From positions 2,928-66,927 of the forward strand of contig JANQPJ010000187.1 of assembly GCA_028289525.1 (NCBI GenBank): a stretch of DNA of 64,000 nt, written 5' to 3'. The position numbers were made by a program, and so were the translations under genes. This DNA comes from Pirellulales bacterium. Its GTDB lineage: Bacteria > Planctomycetota > Planctomycetia > Pirellulales > JAGQOS01. Every line of letters starts with the position of its first letter. Within the stretch, counting starts at the first letter, position 1. The notes below the pieces were generated by a model that worked only from the letters and a program-made list of their open reading frames with translations, had not been told where the DNA came from and made no database searches. Shown here piece by piece: positions 26,198 to 35,843 of this stretch.

Positions 26198-26644
26198 ATG
26201 GCAACTGTGCGATTTGGTGAGCAGAAAATCAATCGAGATCAACTGCCTGAGGGAAAGGTGCTGTGCGAATATTGTACGGCGAAGTGTTGCCGCTATTTTG
26301 CCTTGCCGATTGATACGCCGGAGTCGTTTGAAGACTGGGAGTTTGTCCGCTGGTACTTGCTGCACGATCGAGCTTCTGTGTTTCTAGACGAAGACAACTG
26401 GTATCTCTTGGTGCACACGACCTGCAAGCACTTGGGCGACGATAATCGGTGTGGAATTTACGAAACTCGCCCTCAAATTTGCCGCGACTACACCACCGAC
26501 AACTGTGAGTATGAAGATTCCTGGACCTACGACAAATACTTAGAGACCCCGGAGCAGGTATGGGAATATTGTGAAGCGACGGTGCAGAAGAAAGGGCGAT
26601 CAATCCGCAGTCCCCAGCCGCCGTTGTTGCCGGTGGCCCATTGA
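26198..26644 (+). CDS. YkgJ-family cysteine-cluster (Zn/Fe-chelating) protein
   Basis: CEYCTAKCCRYF (CxxCxxCC) and C-terminal CKHLGDDNRCGIYETRPQICRDY. Start chosen at ATG 26198. Confidence 0.7.
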   Translation: MATVRFGEQKINRDQLPEGKVLCEYCTAKCCRYFALPIDTPESFEDWEFVRWYLLHDRASVFLDEDNWYLLVHTTCKHLGDDNRCGIYETRPQICRDYTTDNCEYEDSWTYDKYLETPEQVWEYCEATVQKKGRSIRSPQPPLLPVAH

Positions 26645-26776
26645 GCCCGGCGGCTTTCAGCTTGAAATTTCTAGAGCGCATTTCAAAGCCAGCGAAAGGA
26701 ACGCGGAATTTCGCCATCAAATCTAGATTTTGAAACGAACTCTACTTTCTCGTCGATTTAGTTAGCCGGTGTAACG

Positions 26777-28120
26777 ATGTCCTCGCCTACTCGAATTCAG
26801 CCGCGCACGCTCAAGGGATTTCGTGATTTTCTGCCTGAGTTGATGCTGCCTCGCGAACATTTGGTCGATACGGCCAAGCAGGTTTATCGTTCGTATGGAT
26901 TTAGCCCGATTGACACGCCTGCGCTAGAGTACTTGGAGATTCTACAAGGCAAAGGCAGCGATGAAACCGACAAGCAGCTTTATTCGTTTGAAGACAAGGG
27001 CGGTCGACCGGTCGGGATGCGTTTTGACTTGACCGTGCCGTTGGCTCGTTTTGCCGCCCAGCATTTGAACGAAATTGGCACTCCTTTCAAACGCTATCAC
27101 ATTGCCACGGTGTGGCGTGGTGAGAATACGCAACGAGGCCGTTATCGCGAGTTTATGCAATGCGACTTCGACACACTCGGAACGCGTTCGTTGGCCTCTG
27201 ATATCGAAACCGGGTTAGTCATTCACGATCTGTTACAGGCGATCGGTTTCGAAGACTTTACGATCCACTTGAATAACCGCCAGGTGCTCAACGGTGTGTT
27301 GGAGCGCGTGGGGCTGTTGCCTCAGGCGACCGCCGTGTTGCGGGCTCTGGACAAGCTTGCCAAAGTTGGGCCGGAAAAAGTTGCTGACGAGATGATGGCC
27401 ACGGCCGGAGCCTCGCGCAGTCAGGCCGATCGGGTTTTGAAGCTGGCCCAAATCTCTGGCACAGGGACTGAGCCGCTCGAACAGTTGGAGCCGTTGGTCC
27501 ATGGAAGTCCCCGCGGCCAAGAAGGAGTAGAGCGTTTGGCCGACTTGGTCAACGGCCTCAAGGCTGCCGGGGTGCCTACGAAACGGTTGTACTTGAATGT
27601 GGCCATTGCCCGTGGACTCGATTATTACACCGGAGTCATCTTCGAAACGTTTCTCGACGCGCTGCCGGAAATTGGCAGCGTTTGCAGTGGCGGCCGCTAT
27701 GACAATTTGGCAGAGATGTATGCCAAGCAAGAATTGCCAGGCGTCGGGGCCTCGCTTGGGCTCGATCGGTTGCTGGCCGCCATGCAGGAGTTGGGAATGA
27801 TCGAACCGGTGCGCACGCCGGCGACCGTTTTGATTCCCTATTTTGCGGCGGACCGGTTGCACGACTATCTACGGTTGGCCGCCGACTTGCGTCAAGCTGG
27901 GATTGGTGTTGAAGTGTATCCCGAGGCCAAGAAGCTAGGGGTTCAACTGAAGTATGCCGATCGACGAGGGTTTCGCCTGGCCCTGATTATCGGTGACCAG
28001 GAGTTTACCGATGGGGTTTGTCAGTTAAAGAATTTAACGACCGGCGAGAGTCAGACGATTTCGCTCAGCTCAGGCTCTGAGCAAGTGGCCCAAGAGATAC
28101 AGCGTCTGCTAGTGATCTAG
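26777..28120 (+). CDS. hisS: Histidine--tRNA ligase
   Basis: 447 aa. LKGFRDFLP, RYHIATVWRGENTQRGRYREFMQCDFD (class II motif 2) and CSGGRYDNL. Confidence 0.95.
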   Translation: MSSPTRIQPRTLKGFRDFLPELMLPREHLVDTAKQVYRSYGFSPIDTPALEYLEILQGKGSDETDKQLYSFEDKGGRPVGMRFDLTVPLARFAAQHLNEIGTPFKRYHIATVWRGENTQRGRYREFMQCDFDTLGTRSLASDIETGLVIHDLLQAIGFEDFTIHLNNRQVLNGVLERVGLLPQATAVLRALDKLAKVGPEKVADEMMATAGASRSQADRVLKLAQISGTGTEPLEQLEPLVHGSPRGQEGVERLADLVNGLKAAGVPTKRLYLNVAIARGLDYYTGVIFETFLDALPEIGSVCSGGRYDNLAEMYAKQELPGVGASLGLDRLLAAMQELGMIEPVRTPATVLIPYFAADRLHDYLRLAADLRQAGIGVEVYPEAKKLGVQLKYADRRGFRLALIIGDQEFTDGVCQLKNLTTGESQTISLSSGSEQVAQEIQRLLVI

Positions 28121-28160
28121 GCTTTGCTTGAAAACGATTCGATGCCAAGGGAGTTTGAGG

Positions 28161-28216
28161 CCTGAAGCGCAAGCGAAGGAATCGTTTGGCAAGAATTCCT
28201 TCGCTAACGTTTCAGG
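28161..28216. repeat. Repeat family C hairpin C3 (imperfect); probable hisS terminator
   Basis: CCTGAAGCGCAAGCGAAGGAAT pairs with ATTCCTTCGCTAACGTTTCAGG with 3 mismatches. It begins 41 nt after the hisS stop. Confidence 0.75.
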
Positions 28217-28229
28217 ATTTCTGACGATT

Positions 28230-28325
28230 TTAGAGCGAGTCGCTCTTTACCGTAGCGGATGACACCTAGTTTTCGCTGAGGTTTTCGGACGAAATACGAC
28301 TACGAATGATCCGAAACTGCTCTAA
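28230..28325 (+). repeat. Repeat family B copy B2 (subfamily 1)
   Basis: TTAGAGCGAGTCGCTCTTTACCGTAGCGGATGACACCTAGTTTTCGCTGAGG...GAAATACGACTACGAATGATCCGAAACTGCTCTAA. Confidence 0.85.
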
Positions 28326-28373
28326 AACCGTGCCGAGCGTCATTCGTCTGCCTTTTAATCTAGGAGACTGCCG

Positions 28374-28919
28374 ATGGCCAATCGTGACAACCATTACGAA
28401 GCTGCATTCGAGGCGTTCCTACGGTCTTTTCGCATTCCTTATGTGGCGATTGACGAAGCCCGACGCGCCTTAGCTGGCGATGGTTCGCTAAAAAGTCTCG
28501 ATTTTATTGTTTCGCCGGTTGGCTCTCAGCGGTGGTTGGTGGATGTGAAGGGGCGCAAATTTCCTGGCGGTGAAGATCACCAGACTTATTGGAAAAACTG
28601 GACCCCGCGCGAAGACTTGGATAGTTTGCAGTGCTGGGAACAGCTTTTTGGCGACGGTTTTTCAGGGCTGCTGGTATTTGCTTATTGGTTGGTGGCCGAC
28701 CGCACGCCAGTGAGTCCAGAACATGTTTTTGAGTTTCGCGATCGCCGGTATGGATTCGTCGCGATTGGTTTGGACGACTACCGTCGTTCCGCGCGCACGA
28801 TCTCAGGCCGTTGGGATACGGTGGCCATGCCTACGGCCAAATTTCGCGAGTTAGCGATTCCAGTTCAGCACTTGTTATTAACCATGCCGGCAGCGGCCAC
28901 CGAGGCGACTCGCGGTTAA
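28374..28919 (+). CDS. HYExAFE family protein
   Basis: 181 aa. The N-terminal NHYEAAFEAFLRSFRIPYVAIDE matches the family-defining motif as I recall it. Confidence 0.7.
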   Translation: MANRDNHYEAAFEAFLRSFRIPYVAIDEARRALAGDGSLKSLDFIVSPVGSQRWLVDVKGRKFPGGEDHQTYWKNWTPREDLDSLQCWEQLFGDGFSGLLVFAYWLVADRTPVSPEHVFEFRDRRYGFVAIGLDDYRRSARTISGRWDTVAMPTAKFRELAIPVQHLLLTMPAAATEATRG

Positions 28920-29017
28920 CCGCCCCTTCTTGTAGGCTATGGGATGGAGACTGCGTGACCCTGATCACCGAGCAGGGCAAATCACTTTTTCAAACTGGGC
29001 AAAGGACCGCTGAAGAC

Positions 29018-29090
29018 AATACAAGCACGAAGCGCAAGCGAGTGAATACTTTACGCTCCGGTTCACTCGCTTGCGCTTCGTGCTTGTATT
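29018..29090. repeat. Repeat family D hairpin D2 (29-bp perfect stem)
   Basis: AATACAAGCACGAAGCGCAAGCGAGTGAA (29018-29046) pairs with TTCACTCGCTTGCGCTTCGTGCTTGTATT (29062-29090). Confidence 0.9.
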
Positions 29091-29206
29091 TTCCCAGTTT
29101 CAAAAACTGATCGGCCCTGGAATGGCCAAGGCCTTGGGTGGTCGAAACCTCCTGGAACTGCTAGAATTCCAAGGTTGCAAATGAACGCTTACACGCAGGC
29201 TTGGAA

Positions 29207-30739
29207 ATGGCGGGCAGGTTTGACCCCTACGACCAATGGTTGGGAATTTCTCCCAACGAGCAACCGGCCGATCATTACCGGCTGCTGGGCGTTTCTCGGT
29301 ATGAGTCGGACGCATGCCTGATTGACGCGGCTGCCGATCGGCAAGCTGCTCTCGTGCGTGGCCATGTTGCTGGTTCTCGGGCCCCCACAGCTCAGCAATT
29401 GCTCAAGCAAATTGCCGCCGCTCGCATCTGTTTGTTGACGCCAGGGCGGAAAACACAGTACGACGCCCAACTACGTCAGCAGGCAAGTCGGTCGGACAAT
29501 TCCTCGAAACGATTTTTTTCGTTCACGAAGCCAGCAGCGGTGCTGAGCGGTGTTCTTCTGTTGATCGCGACCCTAGCGGCTTTGGCTCTCTTGCGATCGA
29601 GGGCCGAGTTGGCCAATCGCAAGGCCGCGCCGGAAAACGTGTTTGATGTCGATTGGAACACTGCAGACACGTCCCACCATCGCAATCCACGGCTGAAGCG
29701 GTCGAAGCGCGTCGGCCGTTTGCGTGTCGACACGTCTTATGTCGCCCCGAATGAATCCCAGTCAGCCGAGAGCAAGGGCGTCCGGCGTTCGACGGCCATG
29801 GCGTCGATTGAGCCTGTGGGACCAGTCATCACGGAACCGCGAATGCCGGTGAACGAGGCCGCCCCTTCTGCGGCTGAAACAAATCCAGGATTGACCAATC
29901 CGTCGCCAGCGGCTCTGATCGCATCGACTTCGAAATGGATCGAAGACTTACTCCCCGAGACAACGGTGGTGTCGGTGGTCGAGACGCCAGTTGCCGGTGC
30001 TGCCGAGCAAGAATTTCTGCTTTCAGAGGCCAGCGAAGAAGAACCTGTTGAGATTGGATTTCCCGAATTGGCTGCCACGGCCCTGCCAGTTGCGCCTCTG
30101 GCGACTCCGGAATTAGGGCGCGAAGGTGTTGACCTTTGGGTATTGCAAGGCCCTGACGTCGTGCGTGATACCTTGGTGCGTCCTGATGCTCCTCATCGAA
30201 ACTATGGCCACCAGGCCAGGCAGAACCGGCTGGAGCGGACGCATAGGACGAATGCGTTTCTCGTGCGGTTTGAACTCTCTGGCGCGCAAGCCCCAGCAGC
30301 TGGCCAGCTTATATCGGCAACGCTCAGCTTTTATGTTTGGGATCCTAGCTCGCACGGGCGGACAACCGTTTGTGCGCTTCCTCTCAAGCAGGCTTGGGAT
30401 GAAGACACGGCTACCTGGCGTAGATCGGCGGCTGGGGCGGCTTGGTTGGGCGGAGATTGTTATGCCTATGGCGTTGGCCCCGGACCGGCAAGCCCACAGA
30501 TTGTGGTCCTTCCCAATCGCCAGCAGGACGTGGTCGATCCGCCAGTCGAATATCAAATGGATGTGACCGGGATGGTGCGCACTTGGTTGGCGGGTCAACC
30601 CAACCATGGATTGGCGATTGCCCCGCTGATCGATCCGAGTGTCGACCGGCATGTGCCGAGCTATTTTTCGATCTATGGCTCGGAGCACGAACGGGGCGAA
30701 TTTACTCCGAAATTGACCGTTCGCTATGCCGAGCCGTAG
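29207..30739 (+). CDS. Membrane-anchored protein with J-like N-terminus and C-terminal DNRLRE-type domain
   Basis: N-terminal FDPYDQWLGISPNEQPADHYRLLGV. One TM (VLSGVLLLIATLAALALL). C-terminal DTLVRPDAPHRNYGHQARQNRLERTHRTNAFLVRFEL resembles the DNRLRE domain. ATG at 29207; an alternative TTG is at 29201. Confidence 0.7.
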   Translation: MAGRFDPYDQWLGISPNEQPADHYRLLGVSRYESDACLIDAAADRQAALVRGHVAGSRAPTAQQLLKQIAAARICLLTPGRKTQYDAQLRQQASRSDNSSKRFFSFTKPAAVLSGVLLLIATLAALALLRSRAELANRKAAPENVFDVDWNTADTSHHRNPRLKRSKRVGRLRVDTSYVAPNESQSAESKGVRRSTAMASIEPVGPVITEPRMPVNEAAPSAAETNPGLTNPSPAALIASTSKWIEDLLPETTVVSVVETPVAGAAEQEFLLSEASEEEPVEIGFPELAATALPVAPLATPELGREGVDLWVLQGPDVVRDTLVRPDAPHRNYGHQARQNRLERTHRTNAFLVRFELSGAQAPAAGQLISATLSFYVWDPSSHGRTTVCALPLKQAWDEDTATWRRSAAGAAWLGGDCYAYGVGPGPASPQIVVLPNRQQDVVDPPVEYQMDVTGMVRTWLAGQPNHGLAIAPLIDPSVDRHVPSYFSIYGSEHERGEFTPKLTVRYAEP

Positions 30740-30744
30740 CGTGT

Positions 30745-31254
30745 TTAGCTGGCTTGTTCTTTTCCCTGGTCAGGCGCCAGGCCATTGCTCCCTTCGACGA
30801 AGGCGTCGAGAATATCCATGGTTGAGACGATTCCCAACAAACGTTGCTGGGAATCGAGAACCGGTAATCGGTGAACGCGATGACGGCGCATTTCATGCGC
30901 AGCCTGAGTGAGCAATGTTTCTGGGCCAACGCTGGCCACATTCTGGGTCATCAGTTGACCAACCTCATGATCCTCAAGGCCGGCAGACAGCTTCTCGACA
31001 AACCACTGCTGGACTCGACCGTCGACACGCCCTAAGCCTGTCAGCTCTTCGTCTAACTCATGGGTTAGATCAATGACATCACTGGTCGAGATCATGCCTG
31101 CACAACGGCGATGGCTGTCTGTCACAGGCAAGGCAGCGACTCGGTTTTCGGCCATCAGGGCCAAGGCTTCGTGAATGCTATCGCGAGGGTGGACAGATAC
31201 CACGTCGCGGCTCATCACGTCTTTGACGCGCCGATGGTACGGATCGTTTGGCAT
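30745..31254 (-). CDS. CBS domain pair protein
   Basis: Two CBS motifs: VMSRDVVSVHPRDSIHEALALMAENRVAALPV and LMTQNVASVGPETLLTQAAHEMRRHRVHRLPV. Start at Met 31254. Confidence 0.85.
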   Translation of the reverse strand: MPNDPYHRRVKDVMSRDVVSVHPRDSIHEALALMAENRVAALPVTDSHRRCAGMISTSDVIDLTHELDEELTGLGRVDGRVQQWFVEKLSAGLEDHEVGQLMTQNVASVGPETLLTQAAHEMRRHRVHRLPVLDSQQRLLGIVSTMDILDAFVEGSNGLAPDQGKEQAS

Positions 31255-31534
31255 AATTGCTGCTCCCTGCCACCTGAATTGATGGCAGTTTTTGGGCATA
31301 GTGACTGCTGGGCCACATCGTTTGTGTAGAAGATCAACAGCAATTCACATGCCGTGCAGGAAGAAGAAAGGGCAAGCGAGTCGAGTGCTGCAGGAGAACG
31401 TCAGCAGCGTGCCAGTTCGCTTCACATGCGAGTCGGTTTAGGAGTGCTCGACAGCGCGCTTCTCAATGAGAGTGTGCGGTAATGTCCCGTCGCTTGTTCA
31501 ACTGGCCATATAACGGCGCAGCCATTAGACCTTG

Positions 31535-31631
31535 CTAAAGCATGTTGCTTTTTACCGTGGCGGGCGCGACCTAGTTTTCACCGGGATTTCTCGACGAAAC
31601 ATCGGCACGCATTTTGGTAATTTGCTCTAGA
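31535..31631 (+). repeat. Repeat family B copy B3 (subfamily 2)
   Basis: CTAAAGCATGTTGCTTTTTACCGTGGCGGGCGCGACCTAGTTTTCACCGGG...GGTAATTTGCTCTAGA. It is the inverted partner of 32586-32681. Confidence 0.85.
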
Positions 31632-31680
31632 GTTTGGGTTCGTGTTTTGGCCACCGGCCACTACTTTTTCTCAACGGGTC

Positions 31681-32550
31681 TCAAAACCGCTTGCCGCCAT
31701 ACCACGATTCGGTGGAGAGGCGAATTTCTCCGCTCGTATTGACCATGTATTGGCCCCCGGCTGGCCCGCGTGCGTCGGCCACTGAGACTGGGCCGGCCAG
31801 AGACGCTTTGAGCGTACGGCCCGTGGGTAGTTGTAAGATTAACTCTCCGCCAATGTCCATTGTCATCGCGGTATTGTTGTTGTCTTTGGCTACGAAATCG
31901 ATCTGGAATACGCCACACGACACCCCTTCGATCGTTCGCACTTCTGATAGGGTCATGCCAAATGTGTCGACGTGGCCTACCGTGTTGCCAAAACCAAGCA
32001 GCTCTTTGGCAAGCTGGACCGGCACCTTGACTCGCTGTCCAATCTTAAAAGACCGGTTGGCGAAAAATGTGACTAGTGGATTTGGACGACCCAGAAACTG
32101 CAGATGGTCTTTAACGATTTGCAATTCGGCCTCTGGCGGCGTTTGGCCGCTGAGGTCGGTCACCGTCAGTTGCTCTCCGGTTCGTGCAACCAGATACGAC
32201 TTGCCGGCGACCGGCTGCACGGCATTCGAAACCGGCTTGCCTTGGCTGTGAACGGTTTGAGTTGCTTTCGCATAGTCCACCTGAACCTTGGTCGCCCCGT
32301 TTCGGTTGGCTTCGAGGATTCGCATCTGGCGTTCTTGGCGATGGGTAAGGCCATGGCTCGTCGAATCAATTGCTTGGCCGAATTGGGTCACATCGACTTT
32401 GAGTTCGAGATTCAAGTCGATCGCCAACGCGACCTCTTCACCAACTTGTGGCGCATGAAAGTGGACCTGATAGGTTTCTGCCGAGGATGCCACGCTGGTT
32501 GTCCAGGCGGTCAGTACGAGCAGAATTAGCATACCGCGTCCGTTGAACAT
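31681..32550 (-). CDS. Secreted hypothetical protein
   Basis: 289 aa from Met 32550 (MFNGRGMLILLVLTAWTTSVASSA signal). The tracked start at 32628 reads into repeat B4. Confidence 0.65.
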   Translation of the reverse strand: MFNGRGMLILLVLTAWTTSVASSAETYQVHFHAPQVGEEVALAIDLNLELKVDVTQFGQAIDSTSHGLTHRQERQMRILEANRNGATKVQVDYAKATQTVHSQGKPVSNAVQPVAGKSYLVARTGEQLTVTDLSGQTPPEAELQIVKDHLQFLGRPNPLVTFFANRSFKIGQRVKVPVQLAKELLGFGNTVGHVDTFGMTLSEVRTIEGVSCGVFQIDFVAKDNNNTAMTMDIGGELILQLPTGRTLKASLAGPVSVADARGPAGGQYMVNTSGEIRLSTESWYGGKRF

Positions 32551-32585
32551 CGTCCTATTCCCTCTCGAATCAGAACTTGAATCTA

Positions 32586-32681
32586 TCGAGCAAATTACCA
32601 AGATGCGTGCCGATGTTTCGTCGAGCAAATCCCGATAAAAACTAGGTCGCGCCCGCCACGGTAAAAAGCAACTTGCTTTAG
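32586..32681 (-). repeat. Repeat family B copy B4 (subfamily 2, reverse)
   Basis: TCGAGCAAATTACCAAGATGCGTGCCGATGTTTCGTCGAG...CCACGGTAAAAAGCAACTTGCTTTAG is the reverse complement of the B3 pattern. Confidence 0.85.
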
Positions 32682-32763
32682 CGGTCGTTAGTCGACCGCT
32701 GACCGTGTAGGGGGCCGCACATCATCGAGAGTCAGGCCAGATGGGTCAAGAGCGGAAAACCGG

Positions 32764-33642
32764 CTAGTCCAGCAGTCGGTCGAGTGCCGTGAGTGCTTGG
32801 GCAAAGCGGCTTTTTTTCTCACAGAGTTCGCTCCACCAATGCGATAACATGGCGGCGACTTCGTCCACTAAACCACTCTCCAGGTGCCAAGTGCGCAAGG
32901 CCAGAGCGATGGTCGGCTGGTCGCACCGAGCAAGGCCGAGTGATTCGGCTGCTGCTAGCGTTGCCGGCAACATCGCCAACGCCGCGGCGCGACCAACCCG
33001 TTTGTTCGGAATGCGTTCGCAAAACACTGGAACGTTCAGATTGAGTTGCGACAGCAGCCAGGCGAGCCGTAAAACTTCAGGCAGGGTTTCTACCGGATCG
33101 GTCAATACCGCTTCCAGCAACACGGTTCCACGAGGCAGCAGGGCCACCCCACCACCGCCCAAGACCGGGCTGACAAGAACCACACTAGCCTGATCGGGGA
33201 CTACTTGGGGATGAGTAACTTCGCTAATTGCCTGCAGGAGTCCTGGGCCACAGGTTTCCCAACGTTGGCGAATGGCCTGGCCACGAACGGTCAGTTCTTC
33301 TTCCGCGTCGGGAATCGCACTGGTGAAGGCCTGGTAGATTTCGGACAGACAACTAGACACATGGTCGTGAGTTTGGGGGTCTGTATGGCCACCGCAGGTT
33401 TGCAGCACCGCGCTGGCTAATTGGCTGCAGTCTCTGGCTTCAATGGCCAGCATTGTGGCCTGTTCGAGAAAACGTGACCGATCAATTTTGCTGAGCTTCA
33501 ACTCGGCGGTCAGGCCATGGGCTGACTGGACAAAGCCTTGGGCCAACACAGGGTTGGTAAGCCGCTTTCCTTCGATCAACGCCGGAAGCGTATAGAAACA
33601 ACTCGCCAATGAACTGACGAGCCAGTGCAATTTCGTCTGCAT
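32764..33642 (-). CDS. Hypothetical protein
   Basis: 292 aa, helical and non-repetitive. No family recognised. Confidence 0.6.
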   Translation of the reverse strand: MQTKLHWLVSSLASCFYTLPALIEGKRLTNPVLAQGFVQSAHGLTAELKLSKIDRSRFLEQATMLAIEARDCSQLASAVLQTCGGHTDPQTHDHVSSCLSEIYQAFTSAIPDAEEELTVRGQAIRQRWETCGPGLLQAISEVTHPQVVPDQASVVLVSPVLGGGGVALLPRGTVLLEAVLTDPVETLPEVLRLAWLLSQLNLNVPVFCERIPNKRVGRAAALAMLPATLAAAESLGLARCDQPTIALALRTWHLESGLVDEVAAMLSHWWSELCEKKSRFAQALTALDRLLD

Positions 33643-33850
33643 AGAGAGTATCGGCTGTTTACGCGGTGGTGCGCCCCAATGGTGACATTCGCTCGCTGAT
33701 GTGCTGGCACACGCGAATTGTAGCAGATACCCCCAAATCTGGTTAGCAAGAATCTTGCTTTTGGGCTCACGAAAGTTGAACGCGTGAAGTTAGAATTGCT
33801 AGTAGTTCAAGATGCGACCATTCAGATTTCTCGAAGAAACAGGCATCACG

Positions 33851-34459
33851 ATGGGCAATGGGACGCCACGGGGTGTGATTTTTGATCTCGATGGAACGGT
33901 GGTCGATTCGGGACTCGACTTTCAGCAGATGCGACAAGAAATGGGGCTGCCGCCTGGAACGGCAATTCTTGAGGCCATCCAGGCAATGCCAGAGGAACAA
34001 GCTGAACGATGTCGGGCAATTTTGCAGGTTCACGAGACTGCCGGCGCGAGACGGGCAACGGTGATGCCTGGCGTAGAGCGGCTGCTTGCTCGGCTGGCAG
34101 AGCACATGGTGCCGGCGGCAATTGTCACCCGAAATACCCGTCGCTTAACCCTCGAAACATTAGACCGGCTGGGGCTGGTGTTCGATCCGGTGATTACCCG
34201 AGATGACGCGCCCTCGAAGCCCGATCCGGAATGCCTGTGGCTGGTTTGTCGGCGCTGGCAGTTACCGCCAGCGGAGGTCGCCATGGTGGGCGATTTTCGC
34301 CATGATATCGAAGCTGGCCAGCGAGCTGGCACCCAAACAGTGCTTTTTGCGGCGCAGTGTACTTGGTCAACCGACCAGATGGTTTCTCCGCCGGATCATG
34401 TCGTCACGCACTTCGCCGAGCTAGAAGCCATCTGGTTTGCTCACGGCACACCGGCTTAG
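33851..34459 (+). CDS. HAD-superfamily hydrolase (phosphoglycolate phosphatase-like)
   Basis: Motif I VIFDLDGTVVDS, motif II VTRN, motif IV MVGDFRHDIEAG. Start chosen at Met 33851. The stop codon lies inside repeat B5. Confidence 0.85.
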   Translation: MGNGTPRGVIFDLDGTVVDSGLDFQQMRQEMGLPPGTAILEAIQAMPEEQAERCRAILQVHETAGARRATVMPGVERLLARLAEHMVPAAIVTRNTRRLTLETLDRLGLVFDPVITRDDAPSKPDPECLWLVCRRWQLPPAEVAMVGDFRHDIEAGQRAGTQTVLFAAQCTWSTDQMVSPPDHVVTHFAELEAIWFAHGTPA

Positions 34460-34551
34460 AGCAAATTACCAAAATGCGTGGTGATGTTTCGTCGAGAAAT
34501 CCCGGTGAAGACTAGGTGTCGTCCGCCACAGTAAAAAGCAACTTGCTTTAG
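34456..34551 (-). repeat. Repeat family B copy B5 (subfamily 2, reverse)
   Basis: TTAGAGCAAATTACCAAAATGCGTGGTGATGTTTCGTCGAG...CCACAGTAAAAAGCAACTTGCTTTAG. Confidence 0.85.
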
Positions 34552-34822
34552 TGTTTGCCACATGCGGCTCGTGGACGATAATCTTTGGCTGTAGAACTGC
34601 TGAGTACTTCGATCTGCTTGCAGTCCCTAGCCGCGCTCACGATGCGTCGCCAGGATCTCCGCGCGAAGCAGAAAACCGCTCTAGGTAGGTGGTTCCGGTC
34701 TTGCTACAATCCCGCCGCTCGTAAGCAAGCTGACCGCTGTGATTCTCCCTAACGCAGGGTTGGTCTGCTCGTCGAGCCACTGGTTTTGCAAGCAATGCTC
34801 TCATACGAATTAGGGCTCGCCC

Positions 34823-35821
34823 ATGTCGTTTGCCTCTCGGTTTCGAGTTCTTGGTCTGGCTTCTCTGGTGGTGACCGGGATCAGTATGCTGACCGCAACG
34901 TTCGCATGGGCTCAAACGCCTGCGGCAGCCCATCAACCACCGATCCGTCGGGTACCTCAAACGGCCCGTGTGCCAAGACCGCCGTCGGCCCAGCGTCAAG
35001 TTCCCGTGGCACCCCAGGCGCCTTTTCAACTCACGCCAGATCAGCAAGCCGCGGTCGACCAAATCCTCGGCTTGTGGCAGCGCGAGAGCGACCAGATCAA
35101 AAGTTTTAAGTGTCCGTTTGAACGCTGGGTATACGACGGAGTGTTCGGGCCTGGGGCCAATGTGGCCGCCACCAAAAGCGTGGGACACTTGAAGTATGTC
35201 AAGCCAGACAAAGGGCTCTTTCGAGTGACCGAAATCCGACATCACAAACCGGCCAGCGATCCAAATCAGCCACCGACTTGGGAGCCGAAAGAAGGTGAAC
35301 ACGGGGAGCATTGGGTCTGCGATGGAACCGCAATCTATGAGTATCGGGTTGCCGAAAAACGTTTGAAGGTGATCGAATTGCCTCCGGAACTGCGCGGCCA
35401 AGCGATCACCAATAGTCCGCTGCCATTTCTTTTTGGAGCGGAAAAAGACAAGCTCAAGGCACGTTATTTCATTCGGGTAACTCAATCGACGTCGAGCGAA
35501 ATCTGGCTCGAGGCCTATCCGCGTCTCCGCGAGAACGCCGGGGAGTTCAAACGGGCTGAGATTATTTTGAACCGGGAAAAGTTCTTGCCGTCAGCCTTGC
35601 AACTGTATATGGCGAACGACAAAACCCGAGAGGTCTATATCTTTAAGATCGATCAGTCCAAAGTCAATGATCCGCTCGAACGGTTTATTGGGGCCTTCCA
35701 GCAGCCGCGCACGCCGTTTGGTTGGAAGAAAGAGATCCAACGCGTGCCGAGCCAGTCGGCTCCTCGCCGGCAGGAGCCAACTCGCCAGGCATTCCAGCCG
35801 TCTGGACGACGTACCTATTAA
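34823..35821 (+). CDS. Secreted hypothetical protein (possibly LolA-like fold)
   Basis: 332 aa. Signal peptide MSFASRFRVLGLASLVVTGISMLTATFAWAQ. The fold guess is weak. The antisense 282-aa ORF is rejected. Confidence 0.7.
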   Translation: MSFASRFRVLGLASLVVTGISMLTATFAWAQTPAAAHQPPIRRVPQTARVPRPPSAQRQVPVAPQAPFQLTPDQQAAVDQILGLWQRESDQIKSFKCPFERWVYDGVFGPGANVAATKSVGHLKYVKPDKGLFRVTEIRHHKPASDPNQPPTWEPKEGEHGEHWVCDGTAIYEYRVAEKRLKVIELPPELRGQAITNSPLPFLFGAEKDKLKARYFIRVTQSTSSEIWLEAYPRLRENAGEFKRAEIILNREKFLPSALQLYMANDKTREVYIFKIDQSKVNDPLERFIGAFQQPRTPFGWKKEIQRVPSQSAPRRQEPTRQAFQPSGRRTY

Positions 35822-35843
35822 AAGCGTATCCTACTTCCTTAAT

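Noticed and set aside
27233-27862. 209-aa minus-strand ORF
   Set aside because: It is antisense shadow of hisS.
32551-32628. Upstream extension of the secreted-protein ORF
   Set aside because: The extension runs into repeat B4. A signal peptide starts at Met 32550.
34637-35485. 282-aa minus-strand ORF
   Set aside because: It is antisense to the 332-aa ORF, which has a clear signal peptide. Its own translation is Arg/Cys/Trp-rich and implausible.
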